The notes below the pieces were generated by a model. That model did no database searches and had not been told where the DNA came from. It saw only the letters and a program-made list of their open reading frames with translations. The translations under genes were made by a program, and so were the position numbers. Shown piece by piece: positions 1-10,000 of a stretch of DNA of 20,000 nt (positions within the stretch are counted from its first letter, which is position 1; each line of letters starts with the position of its first letter). The DNA comes from Thraustochytrium aureum (Eukaryota). Location: positions 393,545-413,544 of the forward strand of contig BLSG01000411.1 of assembly GCA_012862495.1 (NCBI GenBank), in the 5' to 3' direction.

Positions 1-597
1 CGTGATTCTCGCGCGCAGCCTTCCCTTTGAGCGTCGCACCTTCACTTCCAGGGCCGCCGGTCGTACCGCCCCTGACCGGTAGCCTCATTCTCGCCAGCGA
101 CCGTCCGTTCGCCAACGCGCAGCGCACGCCCAGCGCAGATACGATTGAGCTTGGTCGCCAATTGAGCTTGGCCCCGGCCCTAGCTTGTCCTCCCCGGTCG
201 CCGCTCCCAGCCTAGCTCGTCGCGNNNNNNNNNNNNNNNNNNNNNNNNNNNNNNNNNNNNNNNNNNNNNNNNNNNNNNNNNNNNNNNNNNNNNNNNNNNN
301 NNNNNNNNNNNNNNNNNNNNNNNNNNNNNNNNNNNNNNNNNNNNNNNNNNNNNNNNNNNNNNNNNNNNNNNNNNNNNNNNNNNNNNNNNNNNNNNNNNNN
401 NNNNNNNNNNNNNNNNNNNNNNNNNNNNNNNNNNNNNNNNNNNNNNNNNNNNNNNNNNNNNNNNNNNNNNNNNNNNNNNNNNNNNNNNNNNNNNNNNNNN
501 NNNNNNNNNNNNNNNNNNNNNNNNNNNNNNNNNNNNNNNNNNNNNNNNNNNNNNNNNNNNNNNNNNNNNNNNNNNNNNNNNNNNNNNNNNNNNNNNG

Positions 598-1380
598 GAA
601 GCAGGACGCGGGCGCGGCGTGGGAGACCTGCGGCTTGCGCAAAGGGAGATGGAGGGCAAGGAGGAGATGGTGGTGTTTCCTCGAGTCTCTCCAGGCGCGC
701 TCGATGTGCAAGTCGCGGCGCCGTACTTGGACGTGCTGAGCGTGACCTCGCCAAGGCTAGTGCCTGGTAAGTTGGACGCTGTGCGGCGTCAAAGTATGAG
801 ACAGGCAATTGCTGCAACACATATTATGCGTGGCTGACGCTGGGGCGTCTCTCCCACAGCAACACAATGCGACGATCACAGCATGCTTTTATTGGAGCCC
901 ATCGCCGTCCCTGCGCTTGAGCACACTGGACTGCGCACTGCTCTAGAGCGCGTTGAGGCAGAGGTTGGTCGGCAAGGGATGATTGGTATGACCAGAGAGG
1001 AGCGGCCCTTGTTCTATCCAGACGGGCGGAAGAAGAAGCAGTTCCGGGAAGAGGTGCGGCAAGCGATTCGGAAGGCCAATCCAGAGAATGTGGAGGTTTT
1101 GGCGCTGCAGCACGGAGCTGCGACCGATTTCGACACAGCTCTGGCATTGACTGTCGCTGGCGTGCCAGATTCCACCCAGGATCGTGCCATAGTGTCTCGT
1201 GAGTGCAAACGGGCTCTTTACAAGCGTGCTGCACGTGTCAAAGGAAGGATGCCCGTGAGTCCAAAGCCCTCAACGATGGGGCCCGAGCAGGCTAGCTTGG
1301 ACTTTCGTCGGGGTCGCTCTTTGGCAAGTCGCCTGTTCGTCCTGCAGACCGAAAGTTGCGCGACATCCTGGACAATATAA
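598..1380 (+). pseudogene. Degenerate ORF with one in-frame TGA (835-837); unknown product, possibly the end of a non-LTR retrotransposon APE endonuclease region
   Basis: ORFs 619..837 and 883..1380 share one frame, which is open from the gap edge (598) to TAA at 1380 except for TGA at 835-837. Weak motif echoes: GKLDAV ... DDHSMLLLE (APE-like D...SDH), then KKKQFREEVRQAI. Base composition looks less GC-rich than the neighbouring host genes. Confidence 0.2.
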
Positions 1381-2116
1381 AACGTGACCGGCTGCGCATC
1401 AGCACGCTTTCCTTGCACTGACTGTGTGGCATGCGACTTTGTCAAGAGAAACGCCCAGACCGCCGACCACGCCGCGCCTTTCTGTGCTTGGCTCGACCTT
1501 CGTCTTCCTATTGTTTGGGTCAAGAATTGGGCAGTCTCGCAGCAGTGTCGGAAGGGTCGTCGCTGCGCTGCCTTGACATTCAACTCGAAGGATCGATCTC
1601 GTTGGTCATCATGTCGTCACACCCGTTTCTTGGAAAGGTCCACAGCGGTTGAAGTTCACTCATGAGCCGGCTCTCGCGCCTGACTTGTCAACAAATTACC
1701 GGTAGAGTAGTTGCGGAGGCGACAACCGTTCGTGAACCCGATGCAGCGTTCAAGGAGGCTTCTTCCTGCCCGAATGCATGGGCTGGTTTCTTCCACTTTT
1801 ATCGACTTCGTACGCACTGGCAAGCTCGCCATTGTGGTGTGCTGGAATCCTGAAAACAAAACGGCCTGCTCGAAAACGCAAGAGAATCAATCAAAGAACC
1901 AAGATTGTAGCTTTTGGATACTCCATGTGGTTGGGTTGTTCCTCTACGCTAGAGTACGCTAAAATACGGGAGGCGCTTTTGGATCCAACTTCTTCTTCTT
2001 CGTGTCGCTTGCCTCCCAAAGTGTCTCAAAACAAAATGGCCAAGCAGGCGGCCATTTCTGACTTTACCGAGTCACTACCGACAAGCGACACGACCCTTGC
2101 TCCTGCCCAATCGAAT

Positions 2117-2906
2117 CTAGTCTTTGGAGGACGAGCCCTTTGCTGCGCTCACGAGAAACTCGAGGTCGCGCCAGTCCCGTTCGACCAGTTCTCTGCAACG
2201 TCGTTCCTCGACACCGTCGAGCGCAATCGCCAGCCCCAGGTCGATGATCGTGACCTTCCCAGACGAGCGATCGATCAGAATGTTGCCCTGGTGCAGGTCC
2301 TGGTGCGCGACGCCCTTGGTGTGGAGTTTTTCCAGCGCCTCGCGCACCTGCTGGACGACGCTCTCGTCCTTCAAGTCTTGCTGCGTGACCTGCTCGCCGA
2401 CCGCGCCCAGGACCATCGCGCGTCGGCCGAGTGACCAGTCCCCTCCGTAGTAGAGCCGAGGAACGGCGTCTCCCCAAAGGTCTCGCACTTTGTGGTAGAG
2501 TTCGGATCTCGTTGTCCATCAAGTCTGCGCCCTCCCAGTCCTTCTGCGCGTCCACGAGCTTGAGCACAGCGTGCTCCGAGTGGTTCACCAGGGCTCGCCT
2601 CACCACGCCGTGCTCCTTGAAAATGACCTCGTCGTCTCTCGTGACGTCTTCGATGTGAATCCGCTCATCGTCGCCCTCCTCCTCGTCGCTATTGTCTGCA
2701 TCGCCGTCGACTTGGTCGTCTTCTTCGTCGTTGCGTTCGTGCTGGCGACCTCCGCCCTTGGCACCAGCCTCACGCGCTCGCTGCTCTCTGTCAGCCTCCC
2801 TTGCGACGCCTCCTCGCCAAATCCCACGTTTCGGACTTGAGGAAACGCGCCACGTCCACAGGGACAGCCACTCTCTCCTCGTCCATTGCGGAGTGCTTGA
2901 GGAACG
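2117..2906 (-). CDS. Atypical, C-lobe-truncated protein kinase-like protein; 5' end in gap; two apparent +1 frameshifts (~2798-2800, ~2501-2505)
   Basis: Joined frames read FLKHSAMDEERV...ARRRRK/EADREQRARE-acidic linker-HAVLKLVD (beta3 Lys)-MDNEI (alphaC Glu)/LYHKVRDLWGDAVPRLYYGG...ALEKLHTKGVAHQDLHQGNILI (catalytic loop)...IIDLGLA (DFG equivalent), stop at 2117. Confidence 0.75.
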
Positions 2907-3729
2907 NNNNNNNNNNNNNNNNNNNNNNNNNNNNNNNNNNNNNNNNNNNNNNNNNNNNNNNNNNNNNNNNNNNNNNNNNNNNNNNNNNNNNNNNNNNNNN
3001 NNNNNNNNNNNNNNNNNNNNNNNNNNNNNNNNNNNNNNNNNNNNNNNNNNNNNNNNNNNNNNNNNNNNNNNNNNNNNNNNNNNNNNNNNNNNNNNNNNNN
3101 NNNNNNNNNNNNNNNNNNNNNNNNNNNNNNNNNNNNNNNNNNNNNNNNNNNNNNNNNNNNNNNNNNNNNNNNNNNNNNNNNNNNNNNNNNNNNNNNNNNN
3201 NNNNNNNNNNNNNNNNNNNNNNNNNNNNNNNNNNNNNNNNNNNNNNNNNNNNNNNNNNNNNNNNNNNNNNNNNNNNNNNNNNNNNNNNNNNNNNNNNNNN
3301 NNNNNNNNNNNNNNNNNNNNNNNNNNNNNNNNNNNNNNNNNNNNNNNNNNNNNNNNNNNNNNNNNNNNNNNNNNNNNNNNNNNNNNNNNNNNNNNNNNNN
3401 NNNNNNNNNNNNNNNNNNNNNNNNNNNNNNNNNNNNNNNNNNNNNNNNNNNNNNNNNNNNNNNNNNNNNNNNNNNNNNNNNNNNNNNNNNNNNNNNNNNN
3501 NNNNNNNNNNNNNNNNNNNNNNNNNNNNNNNNNNNNNNNNNNNNNNNNNNNNNNNNNNNNNNNNNNNNNNNNNNNNNNNNNNNNNNNNNNNNNNNNNNNN
3601 NNNNNNNNNNNNNNNNNNNNNNNNNNNNNNNNNNNNNNNNNNNNNNNNNNNNNNNNNNNNNNNNNNNNNNNNNNNNNNNNNNNNNNNNNNNNNNNNNNNN
3701 NNNNNNNNNNNNNNNNNNNNNNNNNNNNN

Positions 3730-5208
3730 AACCCTGATAGCGAGCTTCGCCGAAAGCTCGGCAAGATCGCCGGCGCAGAGGCTGCAAGCGTTGGTGCGGA
3801 GGCTGCTGGAGCTGGTGCCAGCGCCGCTCAACGACGAGCCGCACACTTTGCGCGCAAGGGGCGCCCTGCACGTGCGGCGCGCGCTCTGTTCTGCACCATG
3901 AACGAGGACGAGTCGCTGCCGCCGCCGCCGAACTTTGCCTCTGGCGGCGTACGTATGGTTGCACTTGGAGTGACGGAGGACGGCGGGACGCTGTTCTCCT
4001 TCGAGGCCTCTGAGGTGTATCGAAAGGCAGAAAATTTGTTCGAACACTGCCAGGCCACATATGACCCGAACCAGATCATGACGTTCCTCCACCAGAACCC
4101 GTGGCATGTGCCGGCCCACATGGCGATGTGCGACTTTTACCTTCAAACCTCGCAGCTCGAGTCAGCCGAGATGATGCTGCGGTCCGCGCTCTTCGTCCTT
4201 GAAAGCTGCGTGCATCCGCGGTTCGCCGAGCTCCTCGGCGAGGGCAAGTGCAGGCTGAAAGCAGAAGCCGGCACCAGTGGCGCTGACTGTGGGCTGAATC
4301 ACGTGTTCCTCCGGACGCTCTTCAAGTCCATGATGATCTGCCGAAAGCGGCTTCTGAACCAAACCGCCTTCAACCTGGGCCTGTCGCTGTTTGCCATGGA
4401 CCCTTGGCGCGACCCTTTCCACGTTTTGCTCGTGTTGGATCAGCTAGCTCTGAGCGCGGGTCGCATGGACTGGCTGTGCGAGGCCTTTGAATCCGTTCCT
4501 ACCGTACGCGCTCTGCCAAGCATGCACTTTTCTCGGGCGCTGGCTCTGTATGCGCGAGGGGACGAGGCTGGCGCCTGCGCAGCTGCAGACGAGGCGCTAG
4601 CGCGGTTCCCAGGCGCGCTTGTGGCCTTGCTCGGCCACCTCGACAAGGCTGGTGTGGACACGCGAGACGCCATGCTGCAGTCGGCAATACAGCGTTGCGA
4701 GGCTCGCGCGGCCGCACTTCCCGGCGCCAGAGACACTGTGCTAGAAAGACTCTACTCGTTTATGGGGCGCACAGGCGTCGCAACATGGAAGAATCCACTT
4801 CCAGGCGCGCAGACTGGCCGAGTGGCCCCTTACCAGTGGCTCGCGTTTCGGGCCACGGATCTGGAGTCGGAGCTGGAAGAAGCGGCTGCGGCGTCCACCG
4901 ACGCTGCCGAGCTGGCAGAGAGTGCTGCAGCGGCAGTGACACGGGCACGGTACTCAACCGTGAGTGCTGCCCAGTTCGCTGACGACACAGGGGCCGTCAA
5001 CCTAGTGGACGACGACCCCATGGGGCGGCGGCGGGCTGGCGCTGAGGCACAAGCAGCGGCGGCGCCCGCGAACGTAGACCTGGATGCAGGCTTGCTGACG
5101 CTTTTCTTTCAGACGATGATGCCCTGGGCGCGGCTGCCAGCGCGGCAAGACGGTGCCGAGCACGCGGCCGCAGAGGGCAACGGCGCGAACGGCGGGCTTG
5201 GAAACTAG
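3730..5208 (+). CDS. TCF25: TCF25/Rqc1 (Nulp1) ribosome quality control factor, 5'-partial
   Basis: Single frame from the gap edge. NPDSELRRKLG, HQNPWHVPAHMAM, AEMMLRSALFVLE..HPRF, CRL...NHVFLRTLF and TAFNLGLSLFAMDPWRDPFHVLLVLDQLAL follow the order of the conserved TCF25-family blocks. Confidence 0.88.
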   Translation, partial: NPDSELRRKLGKIAGAEAASVGAEAAGAGASAAQRRAAHFARKGRPARAARALFCTMNEDESLPPPPNFASGGVRMVALGVTEDGGTLFSFEASEVYRKAENLFEHCQATYDPNQIMTFLHQNPWHVPAHMAMCDFYLQTSQLESAEMMLRSALFVLESCVHPRFAELLGEGKCRLKAEAGTSGADCGLNHVFLRTLFKSMMICRKRLLNQTAFNLGLSLFAMDPWRDPFHVLLVLDQLALSAGRMDWLCEAFESVPTVRALPSMHFSRALALYARGDEAGACAAADEALARFPGALVALLGHLDKAGVDTRDAMLQSAIQRCEARAAALPGARDTVLERLYSFMGRTGVATWKNPLPGAQTGRVAPYQWLAFRATDLESELEEAAAASTDAAELAESAAAAVTRARYSTVSAAQFADDTGAVNLVDDDPMGRRRAGAEAQAAAAPANVDLDAGLLTLFFQTMMPWARLPARQDGAEHAAAEGNGANGGLGN

Positions 5209-5395
5209 GCCCCAGGCGCCCGCTCTCTTTGCATGCACGTTGAAAGTGCCTCGGGGCGGACGTGCGTGCGAGCATCGAGACATCCGCCAAGGCGCGTTCC
5301 ATCAAAAACAATTTTTTTGTTGGCTTACCATCGGAGATCAAAAAAACGCAGGATATCGACTGACGCGACAGCTCAGGCGGGCCACGCAACGCCGC

Positions 5396-6488
5396 CTATT
5401 TCGCGGCGCCCTTAGCGCCCTTCTTCTTCGGCGTCTTCTTCTTGGCTGGCTTTCCTTTTGCGGCGGCGCCGGCCTTTGCCTTTTTGCTCGCCTTGCCGCG
5501 AATGCGCAGCTTTGCAGCACGAGCGGGGTCAAAGGATGCATGCGCGCCCTGAAACCCTCCAGACTTGGGCGCCTCAGCCGTGTTGGCGGACGCCGCCATC
5601 GAGGCGCTCTTTTGACAACGGGAGACACGGATCGCTCGCTTGAGAAAGTCGGTTCCGTCGGCGGTGAGGGCCGCGACGACCATGTCGTGATCCTTGAGGA
5701 GGACGTAGCCAAAGCCCTTGCCGAGACCCGAAACGCGGTCGCGCACAATGCGGACGTTCTCGACCTCAATCCCGGGCAGGCTGGTGAAAAACTCGCGAAG
5801 GTTTTCCTCAGCAGCCTCAGTTGGCAGGTTGCCCACGAAAACGGACCGGCGCCGGTCGAAGAGGCTCTTGTCCCGGTCTGACTTTGGCCCGGCCTCCTTG
5901 GCGCGAACGACGTCCAGCCGCAAGTGGAACCCGTGAAACTCGTGCCCCTGGAGCGTCTCCAGCGCCAAACGGACAGCGTCCGACTCCACGAATACGACGT
6001 ACGCATTGCAGGTCTGCCCGGTGGGCTCCACCTTGTTCTTCCGAGCTGAGACGCGCAGCATGGTCTTGTAGTCGCCACCCGCAGGAATCGCGGCCCCAGC
6101 CACCGGGACCGAGCGCAAGCGAATCGACTCGACCTTGCCAGCGGCGCCCATCTCGCGCTTGAGCGCTTTTTTGAGCTTTTCGAGGTTTTTGGCGGCCGCG
6201 ATTGGGACATTGCCTACAAACAGGGTCCGCGCGTCCTTCTCCGGGGTGTCCGTCGGGACGGGTTTATTCTCGGCGGCGCCCTTGGCGCGCTTCGACTCCG
6301 TCTCGTTCTCGCCTGCTTGAGCCTTGCCCGCTTCCCCCCCGCGCCCGCTTCTTACCTTGGGCAGCCGGTGCAACAACCACGGGCGGTAGCTTCTCGTTCA
6401 TCGTGCTCGCGAACAGCCCGGTGTCGTCTCCGTCGTGAGCAGCGCCGGTGAGCAGCTTGGCCAGGTCGCCAACCGCATACTTGGCCAT
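5396..6488 (-). CDS. RBM34: RBM34/Nop12 nucleolar double-RRM protein; frame change near 6313-6355
   Basis: RTLFVGNVP...VESIRLRSVP...CNAYVVF...FHLRLD (RRM1 with the family insert) and RRSVFVGNLP...VRIVRDRVSGLGKGFGYVLL (RRM2), with a Lys-rich tail. ATG at 6488 (MAKYAVGDLAKLL) lies in another frame, joined through a G7 run or a 43-nt GT-AG intron. Confidence 0.9.
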
Positions 6489-6604
6489 CGTAGCCAACCT
6501 TTTCCGACCTGGCGTCGGGTCTGGCCAGCCGCCGTTTGCTCGTCGCTGGGCCGCGCGGCTCCTCCTTCGCGCGCGCGTCGCAGGGCTCGCTGCGCTGCCG
6601 CCTT

Positions 6605-6641
6605 GCTCGCAACGCGCAAGGCTCGCAACGCGCAAGGCTCG
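6605..6641. repeat. 16-bp tandem duplication GCTCGCAACGCGCAAG, about 2.3 copies
   Basis: Read directly: copies at 6605-6620 and 6621-6636 plus a partial copy, about 120 bp upstream of the RBM34 ATG. Confidence 0.85.
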
Positions 6642-6755
6642 GCGATTGATTGGGCAACGCGAAAGCATTTGGTTGGTTGCACTCGCTCGCTCGAGGAAGA
6701 ACTGAGCCATGTGCAAGAACCGCCAGTGGTTTTTTAATCTTGATCCAGAGACACG

Positions 6756-6808
6756 TGCCGCAGATGCCGCAGATGCTGCAGATGCCGCAGATGCCGCAGA
6801 TGCCGCAG
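6756..6808. repeat. 9-bp tandem repeat TGCCGCAGA, about 6 copies
   Basis: Read directly; the third copy is TGCTGCAGA and the last is partial. Lies between the ERCC6 stop and the RBM34 start. Confidence 0.95.
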
Positions 6809-7060
6809 CGGCGGAGCGCTCCCTGCGCTCGAGCTTGGCCCGCAATCGCACGGCACGCGCCCGGCGCGGCTTTTGCGCATTGGATTTTGTTTGGGGTTGA
6901 AACTAGCTAGCATCTCAGTTCTACTGCTGCCGTTGGCTTCCAGGCGCGAGGCGCGTGCTTGGCTCGCGATTTCCTTTCGTGTCCTCGGCCAGCGCTTGCT
7001 CGCTCTGGCGCAGAATCGCCTGGGACCCAGAACGGTAGCTACTCCACAGAGACATAGAAG

Positions 7061-10000
7061 CTACGGTCTCGCTGCGGACCGGAACTCGGGGCGCAAAGTC
7101 CATCGCCCACGAGAGTTGGTCGCAATCTGGCGCAAAAGCTGCCGGAAGGTGTCGGGTTCCATGTCGCTCGCGGTGGCCCGAAAGCGATCCACAATCGAGG
7201 CCGTCGTGCGGCTCTCCGACAAAAACTCTTGGAGACGCCGTGCCACGCGCATGTGCGGGTCCGTGGCATCAACAGCCATCGCTGCCGCATGCGCTTGATC
7301 TGNNNNNNNNNNNNNNNNNNNNNNNNNNNNNNNNNNNNNNNNNNNNNNNNNNNNNNNNNNNNNNNNNNNNNNNNNNNNNNNNNNNNNNNNNNNNNNNNNN
7401 NNNNNNNNNNNNNNNNNNNNNNNNNNNNNNNNCTGCAGGATCTGCGACGACACCATTCCGCCCACGCGGCCTGCTGCACCGTGCTGCCCTGTCCAGGTCG
7501 GGACGTGCACCGACGAGGCGTCGCGACGTGCAGCTTCTTGATCTCGACGAAGCGCAGCGGCTGCTCGGCGCGCGACCCGATTCGCCTCGTGCTGAATAAT
7601 GCGCTCGTCCGGACTCGCACGAGCAGACTCCTCGACCGCGTCGTGACGAAACGCCTGGCGAAACCCGCGCGCGCCTTCAAAGAGCGACTTGAGGATATTC
7701 GAGTTGTCGTCATCTGCCCCGCCCCCACCTGAACCGTCAGCCCCGTGCGACTGATCAGCCCCGTACTCGACCTTTCCGTGCTGGAACAAGTCCGAGGTCT
7801 CCGTGTCGTTGTCGACGAGGCGCGGCGCGCTGGCCCTGGCTGCCGACGCTTCAGCGGCGCGTTTGGCCTCGTCAATGTCTTGTTGGTCATACTCGGTGCC
7901 AAGGTTGGCTCGATCAACCTCGTCGCGCTTGCGACGACGCTTGGACCTGGGCTGCCGCGGGAGGTTGTGCTCGACAGACGCGTGCCCGCCGCCAGCATCG
8001 TCGCCGTCGAGACCGCCCGCCTCCGTCCCAAGCGTAAAGAGATCGCGCAGGCCGCTCATTTTGAGGAATCGGCGCTGCCGCGGGTCGGAGAGGATCTTAT
8101 TGGTCAGGTACTGCTTGAAGATCTGGCGGTGGTACATCTTTTCCTCGATCGTTCCGCTCGTGATGAGACGGTAGATCGTGACTTGGCGCGTCTGGCCGAC
8201 GCGCCAGGCCCGCTCCCTGGCCTGGGCGTCCGTGCTCGGGTTCCAGTCTGGGTCGAAAAGGATGACGCGGTTCGCCCCGGTCAAGTTGATGCCAAGGCCG
8301 CCCACCTTTGTGGTGAGCAAGAAAACAAAGATGCCGTTCGCTTCGTCGTTGAAGCGGTCGATCAAGACCTGCCGCGCCTTGATGTTGGTCGTCCCGTCCA
8401 TTCGAAGGTACGTAAACCCTTCGTTCTGTGCAAACCGTTCCAAGAGGTCGAGCATCATTCGCCCTTGGGAAAAGAGCAGCACGCGGTGCCCTTGCTCGTG
8501 AAACTTGCGCAAGATGATTTGCAGCACGAGCATCTTGCCGGACCGCACAACGAGCCCTTCGCCGTCGACCGAAGGGAGCACCGAGGAGGCGGCGGCGCTC
8601 GCCCGCGATGAGCCCGCCGCAGCAGCCGAATCGCGCAGGCCAAGCGGAAGCACGTCGTCTTCGCCTTCGGCGGCCAACAGCGACCGAGCCACGCTGCTCT
8701 TCTCCGCGACGCTTGCGCGGACTCTGTCCAAGTAGAGGTCTGGGTGGTTGCAGATGTGCTGCAGCGCCCGAATCAGCCGAAACGTCGTCTTCGCCGTCCG
8801 GCCCCGCGCCGAGGACTGAATGAGCTCGTCTACCTCGGGTTGTCGCAAAAAGTCCTCATACGCCTCTCGCTGAGGTTTCGTCAGCTCGCAGAACAGCACC
8901 TGCTCGACCTTGTCTGGGAGCTGTTGCGCGACGTCCTTTTTCATGCGCCGCAACAGGAACGGCTCGATGGTCTCTTTGAGGATCAAAGCACACTGGTACG
9001 CCATGCGCACTTGGACTGCCGTCGCATTTGAGTAGCCCCCCGCGTTGATCGGGATAGAAAACTGGTTGTCGAACATCGGCAGGGTACCGAGGCGGCCCGG
9101 CGAAACAAAGTCGAAGAGCGACCAGAGCTCGCGCAGGTTGTTTTGGATTGGCGAACCGGTCATCACGATCCTGTGAACAGTTTGCAGTTGTTTGCATACC
9201 AGCGTGATATCCGCATCTGGATTGCGTATCTTGTGCCCCTCGTCCAAAACGACATAGCCCCAGCGGCGCGGCAGCACCTCGTTCTGGTGTCCGCGAATGC
9301 CTTGGTAGGTTGCGAGCAAGACGTCGCCCTTCTCGGCGATCGACTGGACCACCTTGACCCGAGACCAGCCCGCGGTCTCGATGGCGCCGCCGCTCGAGTG
9401 AAGCACCAGAATTCGAAGGCGCGGCGCCCACTTGTGCAGCTCGTCCACCCACTGCGAAATCGTGGTCGCCGGACACAAGATGATGCTCGGCTTTAATAGG
9501 CCGGTGTCCTTGAGCGCGCCGAGAAACGATGCCACTTGGACGGTTTTCCCCAGGCCCATCTCGTCTCCGAGGATCCCGCCGGTCCCTTGCCGGTGGAGCT
9601 TCCAAAACCATTCCAGTGCATGCCGCTGAAACTCGAACAGCTTGCTGTGAAACCTCCGCGATACCTTGAGTCCACTATCAACTTCCACAAAGCGCGCGTC
9701 CTCGTCCGCCTCGCTCGCCAGAGCGCGCGCCGCGTCATCTGTGGCGAGATCATCGTCGCTTACAAGTTCGCTCTCTTCCTTGCCGAGCGCATACTGCGAG
9801 GCGGCCTCCTCCTCCATCCCCTGCTCGAGCGCCTCGCGATACAGCTTTGCGAACCTACGGTCCTGCTCATCCGCAAAGCTGACCCGCGCTCGAAACTCCT
9901 CGGGTCGGAAATCGTCCGCCGCGCTGCCGCGGAGAGGCTCGTTCGCGCGCTTTTTCCCCGACCCAGAGAGCGACGGTCCGGCTGTTCTCGCGAGCGTCCT

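Noticed and set aside
1..224. Gene or element end with ATTGAGCTTGG repeated at 144 and 161
   Set aside because: Too short, cut by a gap, and no recognisable coding or terminal-repeat signature.
835..837. Selenocysteine or alternative-code TGA
   Set aside because: No selenoprotein motif or evident SECIS element; a nonsense mutation is simpler.
1384..2110. Small Cys-containing ORFs in the lower-GC segment
   Set aside because: No consistent motif or coding bias; treated as intergenic or decayed sequence.
2117..2600. Bud32/TP53RK or RIO kinase ortholog
   Set aside because: Lacks the Bud32 HGDLTTSN and RIO HxDLSEYN loops and their Gly-rich loops; only the truncated fold is similar.
2064..5208. 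Gap-spanning ORFs (566, 486, 838, 451, 366 aa)
   Set aside because: Artefacts of translating N runs. The two sides of the gap belong to divergent genes (kinase on -, TCF25 on +).
5300..5346. Intrinsic terminator-like A/T tracts between TCF25 and RBM34
   Set aside because: Eukaryotic context and no GC stem; probably 3'-end signals of convergent genes, but not assignable.
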